DNA of 64,000 nucleotides from a virus (Duplodnaviria; Caudoviricetes): IMG/VR virus record IMGVR_UViG_3300023170_004399, positions 1 to 64,000 of that record; one strand, 5' to 3'. Shown piece by piece: positions 28,316 to 37,551 of this stretch (position 1 is its first letter; each line of letters starts with the position of its first letter). The notes under the pieces were generated by a model. It saw only the letters and a program-made list of their open reading frames with translations, ran no database searches and was not told where the DNA came from. The position numbers and the translations under genes were made by a program.

Positions 28316-29338
28316 ATGATTAGAGAATTTATCAGAAATGTTATAACAGAGAATATAACTAGTGTCAATCATCAGGACATGATTAACAGGATTAGGGAAT
28401 ATTTTAAAGATATTTTAGTCACAACCGGTTTGCAATTCTCATATTATAATGAGTATGATAAAAAAACTGAAACTTTTAAGATGAAGTACCGTGGTGACAC
28501 TCATATTAACTATACTGGTGTTATCAAGCTAGAATTTATTATAGAACCAATGATTATTGGGGCAATTGAGGATTCAATGCTATTGTCTCCACTTCCGCCT
28601 GGTTACACTAGGAATACAATTAGGTATTTTGAAGATGAAGGATATAAAGAATTTAGTAAAGTTTATGATTCATTTGTTAATGATTTTAGAAAGTGGTGTA
28701 ATGCTAGAGGGTGGCATGTTGTTAACACTGGTCAGACTAGGTTAGAACCAAGTCATTTGATAATGAAGTTTACTATGTTGTTGCAACCATTACCACACAA
28801 AAAAAATCCTAGTTACTTTGCCGGCATTGAGGGCATTCAAGATAAATTAATTGTTCATTATACTGCTGAAGCTAATGAAGCCTCTATTAAATCAAAAGGT
28901 CTTAAGCCTACTGGTGGAAAAGCAAGATATGGTCATGATTTTGGTAAAGGCAGATTATATTTAATGCTTATTGACAAGAAAGATTATAATGATCCTCAGA
29001 AGTTGCAGGAATTTGCATATTTTATCAGTCAAATGTCGGGATTGAGTGCTTCTGGCAAAAAGGCTAATCAGCATAAATGTTTTATTGTTTTTGATCCGGC
29101 TAAGATTGATGCAGATAATTTTGGAATGAATTTTTATATTGATACTGAATTTAGCAAAAATGCAAAGATGGAAGTATATGATTCTCGCAGTGCTCCTTTA
29201 GGTTGGCATGTTTATTATGTTTATACGCCAACACATATTCCTGCAAAATATTATAAAGAAACTATTTATGTAGATGTTATGGGCAAAATAAAAGCTGAGT
29301 CATCTCCGCCGAAGCTGCAGTTCAACTTTAAAAGATAG
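28316..29338 (+). CDS. Leader-tagged protein with C-terminal Tpt1/KptA-like ART domain
   Basis: MIREFIRNVITE; VHYT...SIKSKGLKP, RLYL, YIDTE, HIPAKY. Confidence 0.55.
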   Translation: MIREFIRNVITENITSVNHQDMINRIREYFKDILVTTGLQFSYYNEYDKKTETFKMKYRGDTHINYTGVIKLEFIIEPMIIGAIEDSMLLSPLPPGYTRNTIRYFEDEGYKEFSKVYDSFVNDFRKWCNARGWHVVNTGQTRLEPSHLIMKFTMLLQPLPHKKNPSYFAGIEGIQDKLIVHYTAEANEASIKSKGLKPTGGKARYGHDFGKGRLYLMLIDKKDYNDPQKLQEFAYFISQMSGLSASGKKANQHKCFIVFDPAKIDADNFGMNFYIDTEFSKNAKMEVYDSRSAPLGWHVYYVYTPTHIPAKYYKETIYVDVMGKIKAESSPPKLQFNFKR

Positions 29339-29401
29339 AAAAACTGTTTTACGTGATATATATATATTGTATCATTACAAAAAACAAATAATAAAACAGC
29401 T

Positions 29402-29467
29402 GACTTATTTTAGGTATGAGTTAGACGCCGGGTGGTAACTTTATTTACGCGACCCGGCCTGTTTTTT
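29402..29467 (+). ncRNA. Two-hairpin structured RNA or terminator
   Basis: GACTTAT/ATGAGTT stem, GCCGGGT/ACCCGGC stem with inner GTAA/TTAC, then a T run. Confidence 0.35.
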
Positions 29468-29494
29468 ATAAAAGCTGTTGTTATATAGTATAGT
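29466..29494 (+). promoter_or_regulatory. Promoter, TTATAA class
   Basis: TTATAA-N17-TATAGT just upstream of 29503. Confidence 0.5.
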
Positions 29495-29502
29495 TTGTTA
29501 CT

Positions 29503-30099
29503 ATGAGTAAGATAAAAGAATTATATAATGATTTTAAAAGTTTTGATAGATTTTTAAAAGATCAGCTGATGATTGGGTTATATATACAGTGTACATGGGC
29601 ATTGATATCACCAATAATAATGAAACTACAGGGTATGTTGTGGACAACTACTTATATCTCTATTTATTTAATTATGGTGAGGTTAGGTGGTTTAATATCA
29701 CCTTACTTTAAGGGCACCCATGTTAAGAAATCATATAGTACTATTATTTGTTTAAACTTTACTTATGTTTTTGCAACGTTGTTATATTTTTATGATCAGC
29801 TCTTTTTTTTATGGACAGAATCATTTTTGTCTATCTTCTTTTGTGTTAACTCGATTGTATTGCATATAGGTTGGGACGTATATGTTGTTGACAAGTACAA
29901 AAAAGAAGTGTTCGAGCAATATAAATATTGTGCCACATTTAGAGATGGCGTGGCTGGAATTGGTGGCAACTTAATTGTTATTGTTATTTTTTATTTTCTT
30001 AATGAAAATCAGTCAATAGCTTTGTTTATTTTTTTAATGATTTTTGCATTAATGTTACAGCTGTATAATTATTTTATACATTATCGTGACATGGAGTAA
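29503..30099 (+). CDS. Multi-pass membrane protein (half-MFS-like)
   Basis: Five to six hydrophobic segments. Confidence 0.6.
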   Translation: MSKIKELYNDFKSFDRFLKDQLMIGLYIQCTWALISPIIMKLQGMLWTTTYISIYLIMVRLGGLISPYFKGTHVKKSYSTIICLNFTYVFATLLYFYDQLFFLWTESFLSIFFCVNSIVLHIGWDVYVVDKYKKEVFEQYKYCATFRDGVAGIGGNLIVIVIFYFLNENQSIALFIFLMIFALMLQLYNYFIHYRDME

Positions 30100-30142
30100 T
30101 ATATAAGTATATATATAAGTATATAATGTTCTTTAAAATAAT

Positions 30143-30490
30143 GGGCCCGTAATGGTATCGACGGGGTAGAATCAAGGGGAGAGTGCAACTAGGTGAGATT
30201 CGGCCTTAACAGTTCAAAAACAATAATTGCAAATAATAATAAGCATTTCGAAGCAGCAGCAATCGCAGCCTAATCGGGTGGTTTCCGTTTACCATCAGTC
30301 CAATAACGGATATATTGCGTGATGACTTTAGCAACGACAGAAGAATAAAATAAGTCTAAATCTGGAGGCCACATAAAAGATTTAAAATGTTGTGGATAGT
30401 TTGTTAGTTGACGATATAATTAACTATAGTTGTGAATGACTTAAACTAAGACTATTGCGGACGCGAGTTCGACTCTCGCCGGGTCCACCA
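30143..30490 (+). ncRNA. ssrA: tmRNA; tag ANNNKHFEAAAIAA at 30229-30273
   Basis: 5-prime GGGCCCG pairs with CGGGTCC-ACCA with G3.U70; ATCGAC near the 5-prime end; T-arm GCGAG-TTCGACT-CTCGC; internal tag ORF ending AA-stop. Confidence 0.95.
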
Positions 30491-30504
30491 TTTTAAGGAT
30501 TAAT

Positions 30505-30675
30505 ATGTTTGAAAGCGGAGATTTAGTTAGAATATTACCTAAAGACAGAATAGGAATAGTAGTTGGTCGACCACCTTTGAAGCATTATAAATATGGTTAC
30601 TACGTTTATTATGATCATGATATATCAATAGAATTTTATCTTAACCTACAACTCATGTACAAACTGCCGGATTAA
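30505..30675 (+). CDS. Small GDLV-type SH3/KOW-like protein (not in the ORF track)
   Basis: AAGGA SD; MFESGDLVRI...IGIVV. Confidence 0.55.
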   Translation: MFESGDLVRILPKDRIGIVVGRPPLKHYKYGYYVYYDHDISIEFYLNLQLMYKLPD

Positions 30676-30677
30676 AT

Positions 30678-30887
30678 ATGCATAATTTTTATATTGGTGA
30701 TTTAGTTAAAATAACCCCTGACGGCAAAAAAGATTTTACAGCTCACAAGTTACACGGCTATGGCCTAATAACTGAAATAATGCCGTACGGAAAATACGAA
30801 ATATTTTTCCCCCAGTTGGGTAAAACTAGGCAATTCTATTATTGTGATATAACTAGAATATCAATGCTTACGTACGGAGTAAAATGA
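30678..30887 (+). CDS. Small GDLV-type SH3/KOW-like protein
   Basis: FYIGDLVKI...YGLIT. Confidence 0.55.
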   Translation: MHNFYIGDLVKITPDGKKDFTAHKLHGYGLITEIMPYGKYEIFFPQLGKTRQFYYCDITRISMLTYGVK

Positions 30888-31084
30888 TGGTAAAACCAGG
30901 TGATTTATTTGTAACAAATAGAGATTTGTCGTGCAAAGCAACAGATAAAATCCCAGCTGGGAGTGTAGGTATTGTAATAAGTCGTAGAAAGGATTATTTT
31001 TTAAATTATGACATAGTATATTACGTATATATACAAAACACTGTCACAACTATGTCAAGAAGTTTTTTTGAAATATTAAATTAA
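30884..31084 (+). CDS. Small GDLV-type SH3/KOW-like protein
   Basis: VKPGDLFV...VGIVI. Confidence 0.55.
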   Translation: MMVKPGDLFVTNRDLSCKATDKIPAGSVGIVISRRKDYFLNYDIVYYVYIQNTVTTMSRSFFEILN

Positions 31085-31111
31085 TGTTTGACTGTGTTAA
31101 TATTTATTAAC

Positions 31112-31330
31112 ATGGTTGGGGATATAATATTATTACGTGGCACGTGGAAAAATCAAAACATAGATAGAAAAATTGGTTTAGTGCTTGACCAGAGGACAAA
31201 AACTATTAGTGCAGATACAAATTGGAATTACGTAACATATTTAATATACGTACCTGGTATGCCATTATTTTGGATAAGTGATTTGGCTGTAAGTAGAATA
31301 TTCAGCTTGGGAGGTAAAGATGTTAGTTAA
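31112..31330 (+). CDS. Small GDLV-type SH3/KOW-like protein
   Basis: MVGDIILL...IGLVL. Confidence 0.45.
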   Translation: MVGDIILLRGTWKNQNIDRKIGLVLDQRTKTISADTNWNYVTYLIYVPGMPLFWISDLAVSRIFSLGGKDVS

Positions 31331-31613
31331 TAAAAAACTAGTTAGAAAACTTTTAAAGGAAGTACATAATGAAATTAACATGATAGAAAATGTTAAGAAT
31401 GTGCAGGGTGGGAAAAAAATAATTGATTATGCTATACACCATATAAGACCTGAAATTATAGGCACTTCCGAGTTTGATAAGTTATTTGAACACGTAAGAT
31501 ATGAATTAAGTCTTATTTCAGGTATTCGTGATCTGATAAATGAAGCTGGTTTAAATGATTTAAGCAATTTTACACACGTATTGTTAGATAAAATTATAGA
31601 AATGGAGTTATAA
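31320..31613 (+). CDS. Hypothetical protein with variant leader
   Basis: GGAGG SD; MLVNKKLVRKLLKE. Confidence 0.55.
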   Translation: MLVNKKLVRKLLKEVHNEINMIENVKNVQGGKKIIDYAIHHIRPEIIGTSEFDKLFEHVRYELSLISGIRDLINEAGLNDLSNFTHVLLDKIIEMEL

Positions 31614-31867
31614 TGTGGATTAAGAAAAACGAAGACACAGTTAAGGAAATAATACATGATATTTGTATAGACACTATTGGGGAAGAGTATCGTGTATTTG
31701 TACGTTCTGATGATGGTGGTACTCATTTGGAAGTTTGGTTTGAAGAGAAAGTGCCAGTTAAAGCAAAGGAATTGTTGTCTAGTCCTTTTAAAGGATGGCG
31801 TTTACTTAAGAAAACTTGTCCCACTGGTTATTTAGCAGCATTTTTTCCTAATAGTGGATTGAGTTGA
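31613..31867 (+). CDS. Hypothetical protein
   Basis: Translationally coupled ORF (TAATG overlap). Confidence 0.55.
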   Translation: MWIKKNEDTVKEIIHDICIDTIGEEYRVFVRSDDGGTHLEVWFEEKVPVKAKELLSSPFKGWRLLKKTCPTGYLAAFFPNSGLS

Positions 31868-32541
31868 TGAATGATTACATCAGGCTGATAGTTTCTGACA
31901 CGCATGTTGGCTCGATGTATTCACAAGAAGAAAAACTAATTAACTTTTTAAAAAGTACGTATTTTGATGAGTTAATATTAGCTGGTGATATAGTAGAGTT
32001 TTTAAGAAACCCCAGCTTCACACCTTTTTCTCGAGAGTTGTTTGAGTATATTCACAACCTTCAAGATAAGAAAATTATATATATTGTTGGTAATCACGAC
32101 GTTGCTTTTCATGCGTTTGTTAATACGACTTTAATGAATGTTGAATTTAAGAAAGAACACGTGTTTAAATATTGCGGCAGAGTTTATAGAGTCGTACATG
32201 GTGATGAGTATGACACCGGTTTAGTTAAGAAAGAGTATTTAATGCAACTAGTTTCATTTGCGCAAAACGCATTTGAAAGATTGTTTAAAATTGATTTGAC
32301 TACTTTGTATGCTAATTGGAAGTTAAAAAAAAGGAAACTAATTAGGATTTGGGATATAATATCTTGGAATAAAGATATTGATGTATTAATTATGGGGCAT
32401 ACACATGTACCTGAAGTGTTGATATGGGTAGACAAAAATGAGAAAATAAAAACGTATATAAACAGTGGGGATTGGGTTGGCAACTGCACGTACGTTATTA
32501 TAAAAGATGGTCAAGTTAGACTTCGTAAATATGAAGAATGA
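31864..32541 (+). CDS. Calcineurin-like metallophosphoesterase, LpxH/UDP-2,3-diacylglucosamine hydrolase-like
   Basis: SDTH, GD, GNHD, HGD, GHTH, NSGDW motifs. Confidence 0.8.
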   Translation: MMNDYIRLIVSDTHVGSMYSQEEKLINFLKSTYFDELILAGDIVEFLRNPSFTPFSRELFEYIHNLQDKKIIYIVGNHDVAFHAFVNTTLMNVEFKKEHVFKYCGRVYRVVHGDEYDTGLVKKEYLMQLVSFAQNAFERLFKIDLTTLYANWKLKKRKLIRIWDIISWNKDIDVLIMGHTHVPEVLIWVDKNEKIKTYINSGDWVGNCTYVIIKDGQVRLRKYEE

Positions 32542-32591
32542 TCAAATTAAATAAATTTTTGTCATAATTAATATAGTTTAGGAGCTAGTTA

Positions 32592-35500
32592 ATGTTAGAT
32601 CAGAATGTGCAAAAACTATTAATAGAAAGACTTCTTTTAGTTGAAAATAAGAAAAATTTAATAAAGCTGTATCCACAACATGCAGATGATATTAATACAC
32701 TTCCAAATAAATATTTAATGTGGTTAAGCTCGCGCTTTGTTTCTAAAAAAGTGCAAGAAGTACATCCAATAGAAGATTGTTTTGAAACACTACAAAAATA
32801 TAGTAAAGTAGAAAATAGTGTTAATGCAAAATTCAGAGATAAACAATTTGTTAATGTAGTAAATCGCATGTTACCTGACAAAGAATGGAACGACCCTAGG
32901 GATATAATGAAGTTGACAATTGACGAAATGGAAATGTTGATTGTTTTAAGAGAAAGAAAGAAACCACCATTTGATATTGAAGCGGTAGAAATACAAAATG
33001 ATGAAATAGTAGGTAACATCGATGGTTGGAACATATACGTGCCTTTATCGCGCGAATCTAGCTGCGTTATAGCTCAATATGACGAAATGACAATGATGCC
33101 AAAAACTACATGGTGTACTGCTAGAATTCATGGCTCAAATCTTTTTTATAATTACGTCGGAAGAGAAGAAGCCGATATTATTTTATATTATGTAATAAAA
33201 GATGATGCAAAAGACGTTGAAGATTTTCTTTCAATTGGATTATATAATGGCAAAGTAAGACTTAACGGCCAAAATGGTGGACTGAGCGTTGATAGAGACA
33301 ACATTGGACTTACAGTTGAAAGAGTTAAAAAAATATTTGGTGCATCTACGTGGTCTAAAGTGGAAGCAAAAATATTAGAAGATGCTAAAAGATGGAAAGA
33401 CAAAGACGGCAACTTGGTGCACCCTGCTAAACAAAAAGTTAAATTAGCAAGAACAGACAGAAAAGAACTTCAAAATTTTATTCGAGGCTTAAGTGCTAGT
33501 GAAACTGAAGATGCTATTAACATGGTTTTAGATGGAGACTGTACCAATGAAATTAGGCTAGATATTTTTAACAATAAGAAATATTTTAATGCAGTTACAA
33601 AAAACCCACCGACACAGCGTAATACAATATCTACACCGGTGGATAAAAGTCATAACACTTTTGTTAACATGTATTCTGATATTGCTAGAAAAGTTTTAAG
33701 AAAACAAAGAAATTATGGCGTTAATTTACCCACAGATAAGCAGGCAGAAGAAGATGCTTTTGTTAGCATTGTTACAAGTCAGTTTATTTTTAATCTGATT
33801 GATAATATTATTAAATCACGTGATGATGCAGTTTTTGATTTATATAAAATGTCAGACATCTTTAATTCAAAGAATGGTGATGTAGGCAGTGACAGTGTAG
33901 CTTATGGCAAGCTTAACAGAGCTGTGCACAACTTATATGCAGCTGAATATTTAGAAAACATAAAACGCGCTCATATATTGGCAGCAGTTGATGATGCTTT
34001 AGAAGGGGGAGATAAATTAGAAGAAATTAATAAACCAATTAACTTTGCAGCCGCGATTAAAGATCAAACCAGCCTGAACAAACATGTCGGTGGAAATCAA
34101 AAACCCTTAAATCAAACTATGGTAAATACTACATTTGCGAAAGTGTATGGGTTGGATAGAATGTTAACATTCGGCAAGAATTATGATGAGCGTAGAGATG
34201 ATGAAATAAAATGGTTTTCTTACAAGGCTGATGAGAGCATATTTAGTCCGAAAGGTAGAGGGACTACGAGTTTGGCGCCAAACATTCGAAAAGCTGACTT
34301 AGATTTGATTAATCAATATAAAAAAATAAATAATAGCAAAATTTTGCCTACGCCAGAAGGTTCGATGCCAGCAACGTTGTTGCAAATGAATTTTTCTGAC
34401 AATTTCAACTGGTCGAATGATACTCGTTCTAAAAAGAAAAAAGTTTTATTTTTACACGGAAAATTATTAATCCATGTACCAATTTTAAATACTTCTGTGT
34501 ATTTTGACGATTTAATATACCATTTGTTAAATGATGACCCTGCAGCTCATGGCAGTCGCGGGACTAGGTTTCTTCACGCTGTTAAGGAAAACAACTTATA
34601 TAATGAATACATAAAAAAAATAAATGAATTAATAAGTAATATAAATTCTAGAATATTTTCACTGATTAGAAACCCTAATGTCGAAGTTGTATCAATTCCC
34701 GTTAGTGCAATGCCATTAATTGCGAATAATCCGATTAGTGGTAATTCTAAAAGTTGGCAAATAAATAGTGAAAGAAATCATTATGCACCGCCTATTAATT
34801 TAAATAGTCCAAGGTTGGAAGTGGCCCGCGGAAAAGACATAAAAGAATCTTTTCTGACGTCAGAAAATGTACATGAAGCTTTCCAAAAAAGTTTGGGTTA
34901 TAATCCAGTTTCTGCAGACTATACTGATTCTAGCAATATAGGTAACATTGATTTGCAAATTGTTTCTTTAGATTTGGACAGAAAAGTAAAAATTTTTGAT
35001 AAGTTTTTCGAAAAATTTGCTAGCAAGAATGTTACAAATGATAAACCAATTCATGAAATGCAGGGCAATTATTATAACACAGCATCGGAAAAAATAAGTA
35101 CATTTAAGAAAGAAGTTGCTGCTGGTTTTAAAACAAGTTACAGTTTTGAGATAGGACAAATAAATCATATTGGAAGACATGATCGAGCTAATGATACGTA
35201 CTCAGAAGGAGATTTTCTTGCAAGAGTAAATAGATCCTACAGTGAAAATTATTTATCATCAGTCTTTATATCTAGAAACAATTTTACTAGTCCATTTACT
35301 AGAGGCGAAAATCAGGAAGTAGGTTATCACGAGGGCGGATGGCCATTAGAATTAGATTTAAATAAGCGTTATGAAATTTTAGAAAAGTTAATAAGTCATA
35401 TGAAATATTTAAATGAAATGTGTGATTTGCTTGGTTTTAAAATTAGCCATAATTTCCCATGCATTTCACGTGCTTACAACCAAAGATTTTTAAGAACAAG

Positions 35501-37550
35501 CAATTTAAGGTTTTTAAAACACAAAGATGGTTCAGATGCTTTTGATAGCCTTTATGAAAAACCATTGAGTTATTTATCAATTAAAAAATACGAAGAGAAA
35601 AAACAGACAGAAACAGCTCAAGTGGTAATGGTGCAATGCTATGTTAAAAATGGTAGAATAGATACTGATAAATTTGAAAAAGATTATAAAGCCATTGACA
35701 ATGGCGAAAACACTCAGGATTGGGCACAGGAAGATGCTGTTGATTTTTTAAACATGTTGCATTACAATGTAATAGAAATATTGTCACATTTTAATATACC
35801 TTTGCAAATACATGTCACTAATATTATTAAAAGTTGTTTGGCAGACATTTTCGGTGAAGGTGAATATATTACAAACCCTAATGATTTTTTTAATATGGTC
35901 GAAAAATCTAGAAACTTTTATTCAAAATTAAAGAATGAAAAGTCAAAACAGTTTTATAAAAAATGTATAGAACATCATTTTTTAGGCATGATTGGTGAAT
36001 TGCACTTTATGTATGGTAGAGAAGCAATGAATCAAACCCGGGTTGGGAAAGTCAATAATATTTATAAAAATTATTCTGTTTCTGATATTGACAAATTAGT
36101 AACTTTTTATATAAAATATATTAAAGAAAATCCTGATGTAGAAGCATATTTTGACGTGCACACAAGAGCAAGGCATGAAACATACACTAATGATATGATT
36201 CTTGCTTTGTTTGATAATGCAACATCATTATCAGAAATCAACCAATCTATGGAAGTGTTTGATAAATACTTAGATTTTTTACTGGAAGCTAAAGACCACG
36301 CAGAATTTCCTAAATCATTAGGGTTTGTATTAACGCACAAAATGTATGAAAGCGGAGAAGATAGAAACGAAGCTGCTGGTTTAAACCAAAATTCTCACCG
36401 GTTAAAATATGCAGCTGAAGCCGGCAGTTTCATGAAAGAAAGCAAAGAAAAATTTGAGATTTTATTTTCATTACTCTTGCACGCAAAAAACCTGCCAGAT
36501 GGTCTTAAGAAAACATGTTTTATAAACACAGCTATATTCGCAGCATCAACTATAGGCTATAAAGATATACATGTCGAAAACCACAATATTTCTGAAATTG
36601 CAATAAAACAATTACTTGAACTAGTTTCTAAAAACAATTTTATAAAGGATATTCAGTCTGTAACGTTTCATAAGCTGAGCACATTACTTACACAAATATT
36701 ACCAGCTGCTTATGTTATACATGCTTATAACGCTTGGAAAGAATTGTACAAAACTATAAATAATAAAGTTTATCATTCAGGCGGTCTCAAAATAATAAAG
36801 TCGGATACTTTACAAGATATTGCCAGTCATATAGTAAGAGGAAAAATACATAAACATGTGCAGGATATTGGTGATGAATACCCTCCTCTTGAAATGTCTG
36901 CTGCAGATGAACAAGAATTTTATACGAAAGTTGCTAGTATGTATAATGAAAGAGCTAATGTTACATTCAACAACAGTGGTGATATAATTAAGGGCCACAT
37001 GTTAAGCGGACTTGATGATAAATTTTATCAAACTCTAAACACAGTACTTTATATATGTTGGCATTTTGGGTTGAATAAAGAAAACACTGATATTCCTGTT
37101 GTTGCTAGCAATTTTAAAATTTCTGACAGTCACACTATGTTTTTTATTGACTTTGTGTTTAAAGCTGTTAAAATGCATCGCGGTTACAACATGGGCGATA
37201 TTGGTAAAGAAAGGCTTTATAAAGCTCTTCTATCAGCAGTTTACCCGGGAAAAACTACCAGCATGTATGATGTGCACATATTGGATATGCCTTTTGAATA
37301 CTTTCTTCTTTGTCTGTTAAAGAAATATTTTGATAAATCAAATACTGGTAGCCCGGGGATAACAAAAAATATTACGCCTAGCAATGGTAAGGCTTTTTTA
37401 GAACAAGTTAAAAAATATGGTTTTGACTATGCAGATAACAGCAAGGGTGTACCTGCCATGAGTAAAACTAGCTCAGAAATTAACGATACGCATAATGACC
37501 AGGTTATATTAATCAAACAAATATTTGACTTGCACGATGGTGGAAATTAA
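32592..37550 (+). CDS. Giant protein A (1652 aa) with conserved N-terminal WCT domain
   Basis: Variant leader KLLIERLLLVE; PKTTWCTARIHGSNLFYNYV identical in giant protein B. Confidence 0.7.
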   Translation: MLDQNVQKLLIERLLLVENKKNLIKLYPQHADDINTLPNKYLMWLSSRFVSKKVQEVHPIEDCFETLQKYSKVENSVNAKFRDKQFVNVVNRMLPDKEWNDPRDIMKLTIDEMEMLIVLRERKKPPFDIEAVEIQNDEIVGNIDGWNIYVPLSRESSCVIAQYDEMTMMPKTTWCTARIHGSNLFYNYVGREEADIILYYVIKDDAKDVEDFLSIGLYNGKVRLNGQNGGLSVDRDNIGLTVERVKKIFGASTWSKVEAKILEDAKRWKDKDGNLVHPAKQKVKLARTDRKELQNFIRGLSASETEDAINMVLDGDCTNEIRLDIFNNKKYFNAVTKNPPTQRNTISTPVDKSHNTFVNMYSDIARKVLRKQRNYGVNLPTDKQAEEDAFVSIVTSQFIFNLIDNIIKSRDDAVFDLYKMSDIFNSKNGDVGSDSVAYGKLNRAVHNLYAAEYLENIKRAHILAAVDDALEGGDKLEEINKPINFAAAIKDQTSLNKHVGGNQKPLNQTMVNTTFAKVYGLDRMLTFGKNYDERRDDEIKWFSYKADESIFSPKGRGTTSLAPNIRKADLDLINQYKKINNSKILPTPEGSMPATLLQMNFSDNFNWSNDTRSKKKKVLFLHGKLLIHVPILNTSVYFDDLIYHLLNDDPAAHGSRGTRFLHAVKENNLYNEYIKKINELISNINSRIFSLIRNPNVEVVSIPVSAMPLIANNPISGNSKSWQINSERNHYAPPINLNSPRLEVARGKDIKESFLTSENVHEAFQKSLGYNPVSADYTDSSNIGNIDLQIVSLDLDRKVKIFDKFFEKFASKNVTNDKPIHEMQGNYYNTASEKISTFKKEVAAGFKTSYSFEIGQINHIGRHDRANDTYSEGDFLARVNRSYSENYLSSVFISRNNFTSPFTRGENQEVGYHEGGWPLELDLNKRYEILEKLISHMKYLNEMCDLLGFKISHNFPCISRAYNQRFLRTSNLRFLKHKDGSDAFDSLYEKPLSYLSIKKYEEKKQTETAQVVMVQCYVKNGRIDTDKFEKDYKAIDNGENTQDWAQEDAVDFLNMLHYNVIEILSHFNIPLQIHVTNIIKSCLADIFGEGEYITNPNDFFNMVEKSRNFYSKLKNEKSKQFYKKCIEHHFLGMIGELHFMYGREAMNQTRVGKVNNIYKNYSVSDIDKLVTFYIKYIKENPDVEAYFDVHTRARHETYTNDMILALFDNATSLSEINQSMEVFDKYLDFLLEAKDHAEFPKSLGFVLTHKMYESGEDRNEAAGLNQNSHRLKYAAEAGSFMKESKEKFEILFSLLLHAKNLPDGLKKTCFINTAIFAASTIGYKDIHVENHNISEIAIKQLLELVSKNNFIKDIQSVTFHKLSTLLTQILPAAYVIHAYNAWKELYKTINNKVYHSGGLKIIKSDTLQDIASHIVRGKIHKHVQDIGDEYPPLEMSAADEQEFYTKVASMYNERANVTFNNSGDIIKGHMLSGLDDKFYQTLNTVLYICWHFGLNKENTDIPVVASNFKISDSHTMFFIDFVFKAVKMHRGYNMGDIGKERLYKALLSAVYPGKTTSMYDVHILDMPFEYFLLCLLKKYFDKSNTGSPGITKNITPSNGKAFLEQVKKYGFDYADNSKGVPAMSKTSSEINDTHNDQVILIKQIFDLHDGGN

Positions 37551-37551
37551 A

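Noticed and set aside
838-29338. Integron-like cassette array or CRISPR as an explanation for the repeated gene starts
   Set aside because: No attC palindromes, integrase or fixed-length repeat-spacer units seen; genes overlap and leader conservation is mostly at the protein level
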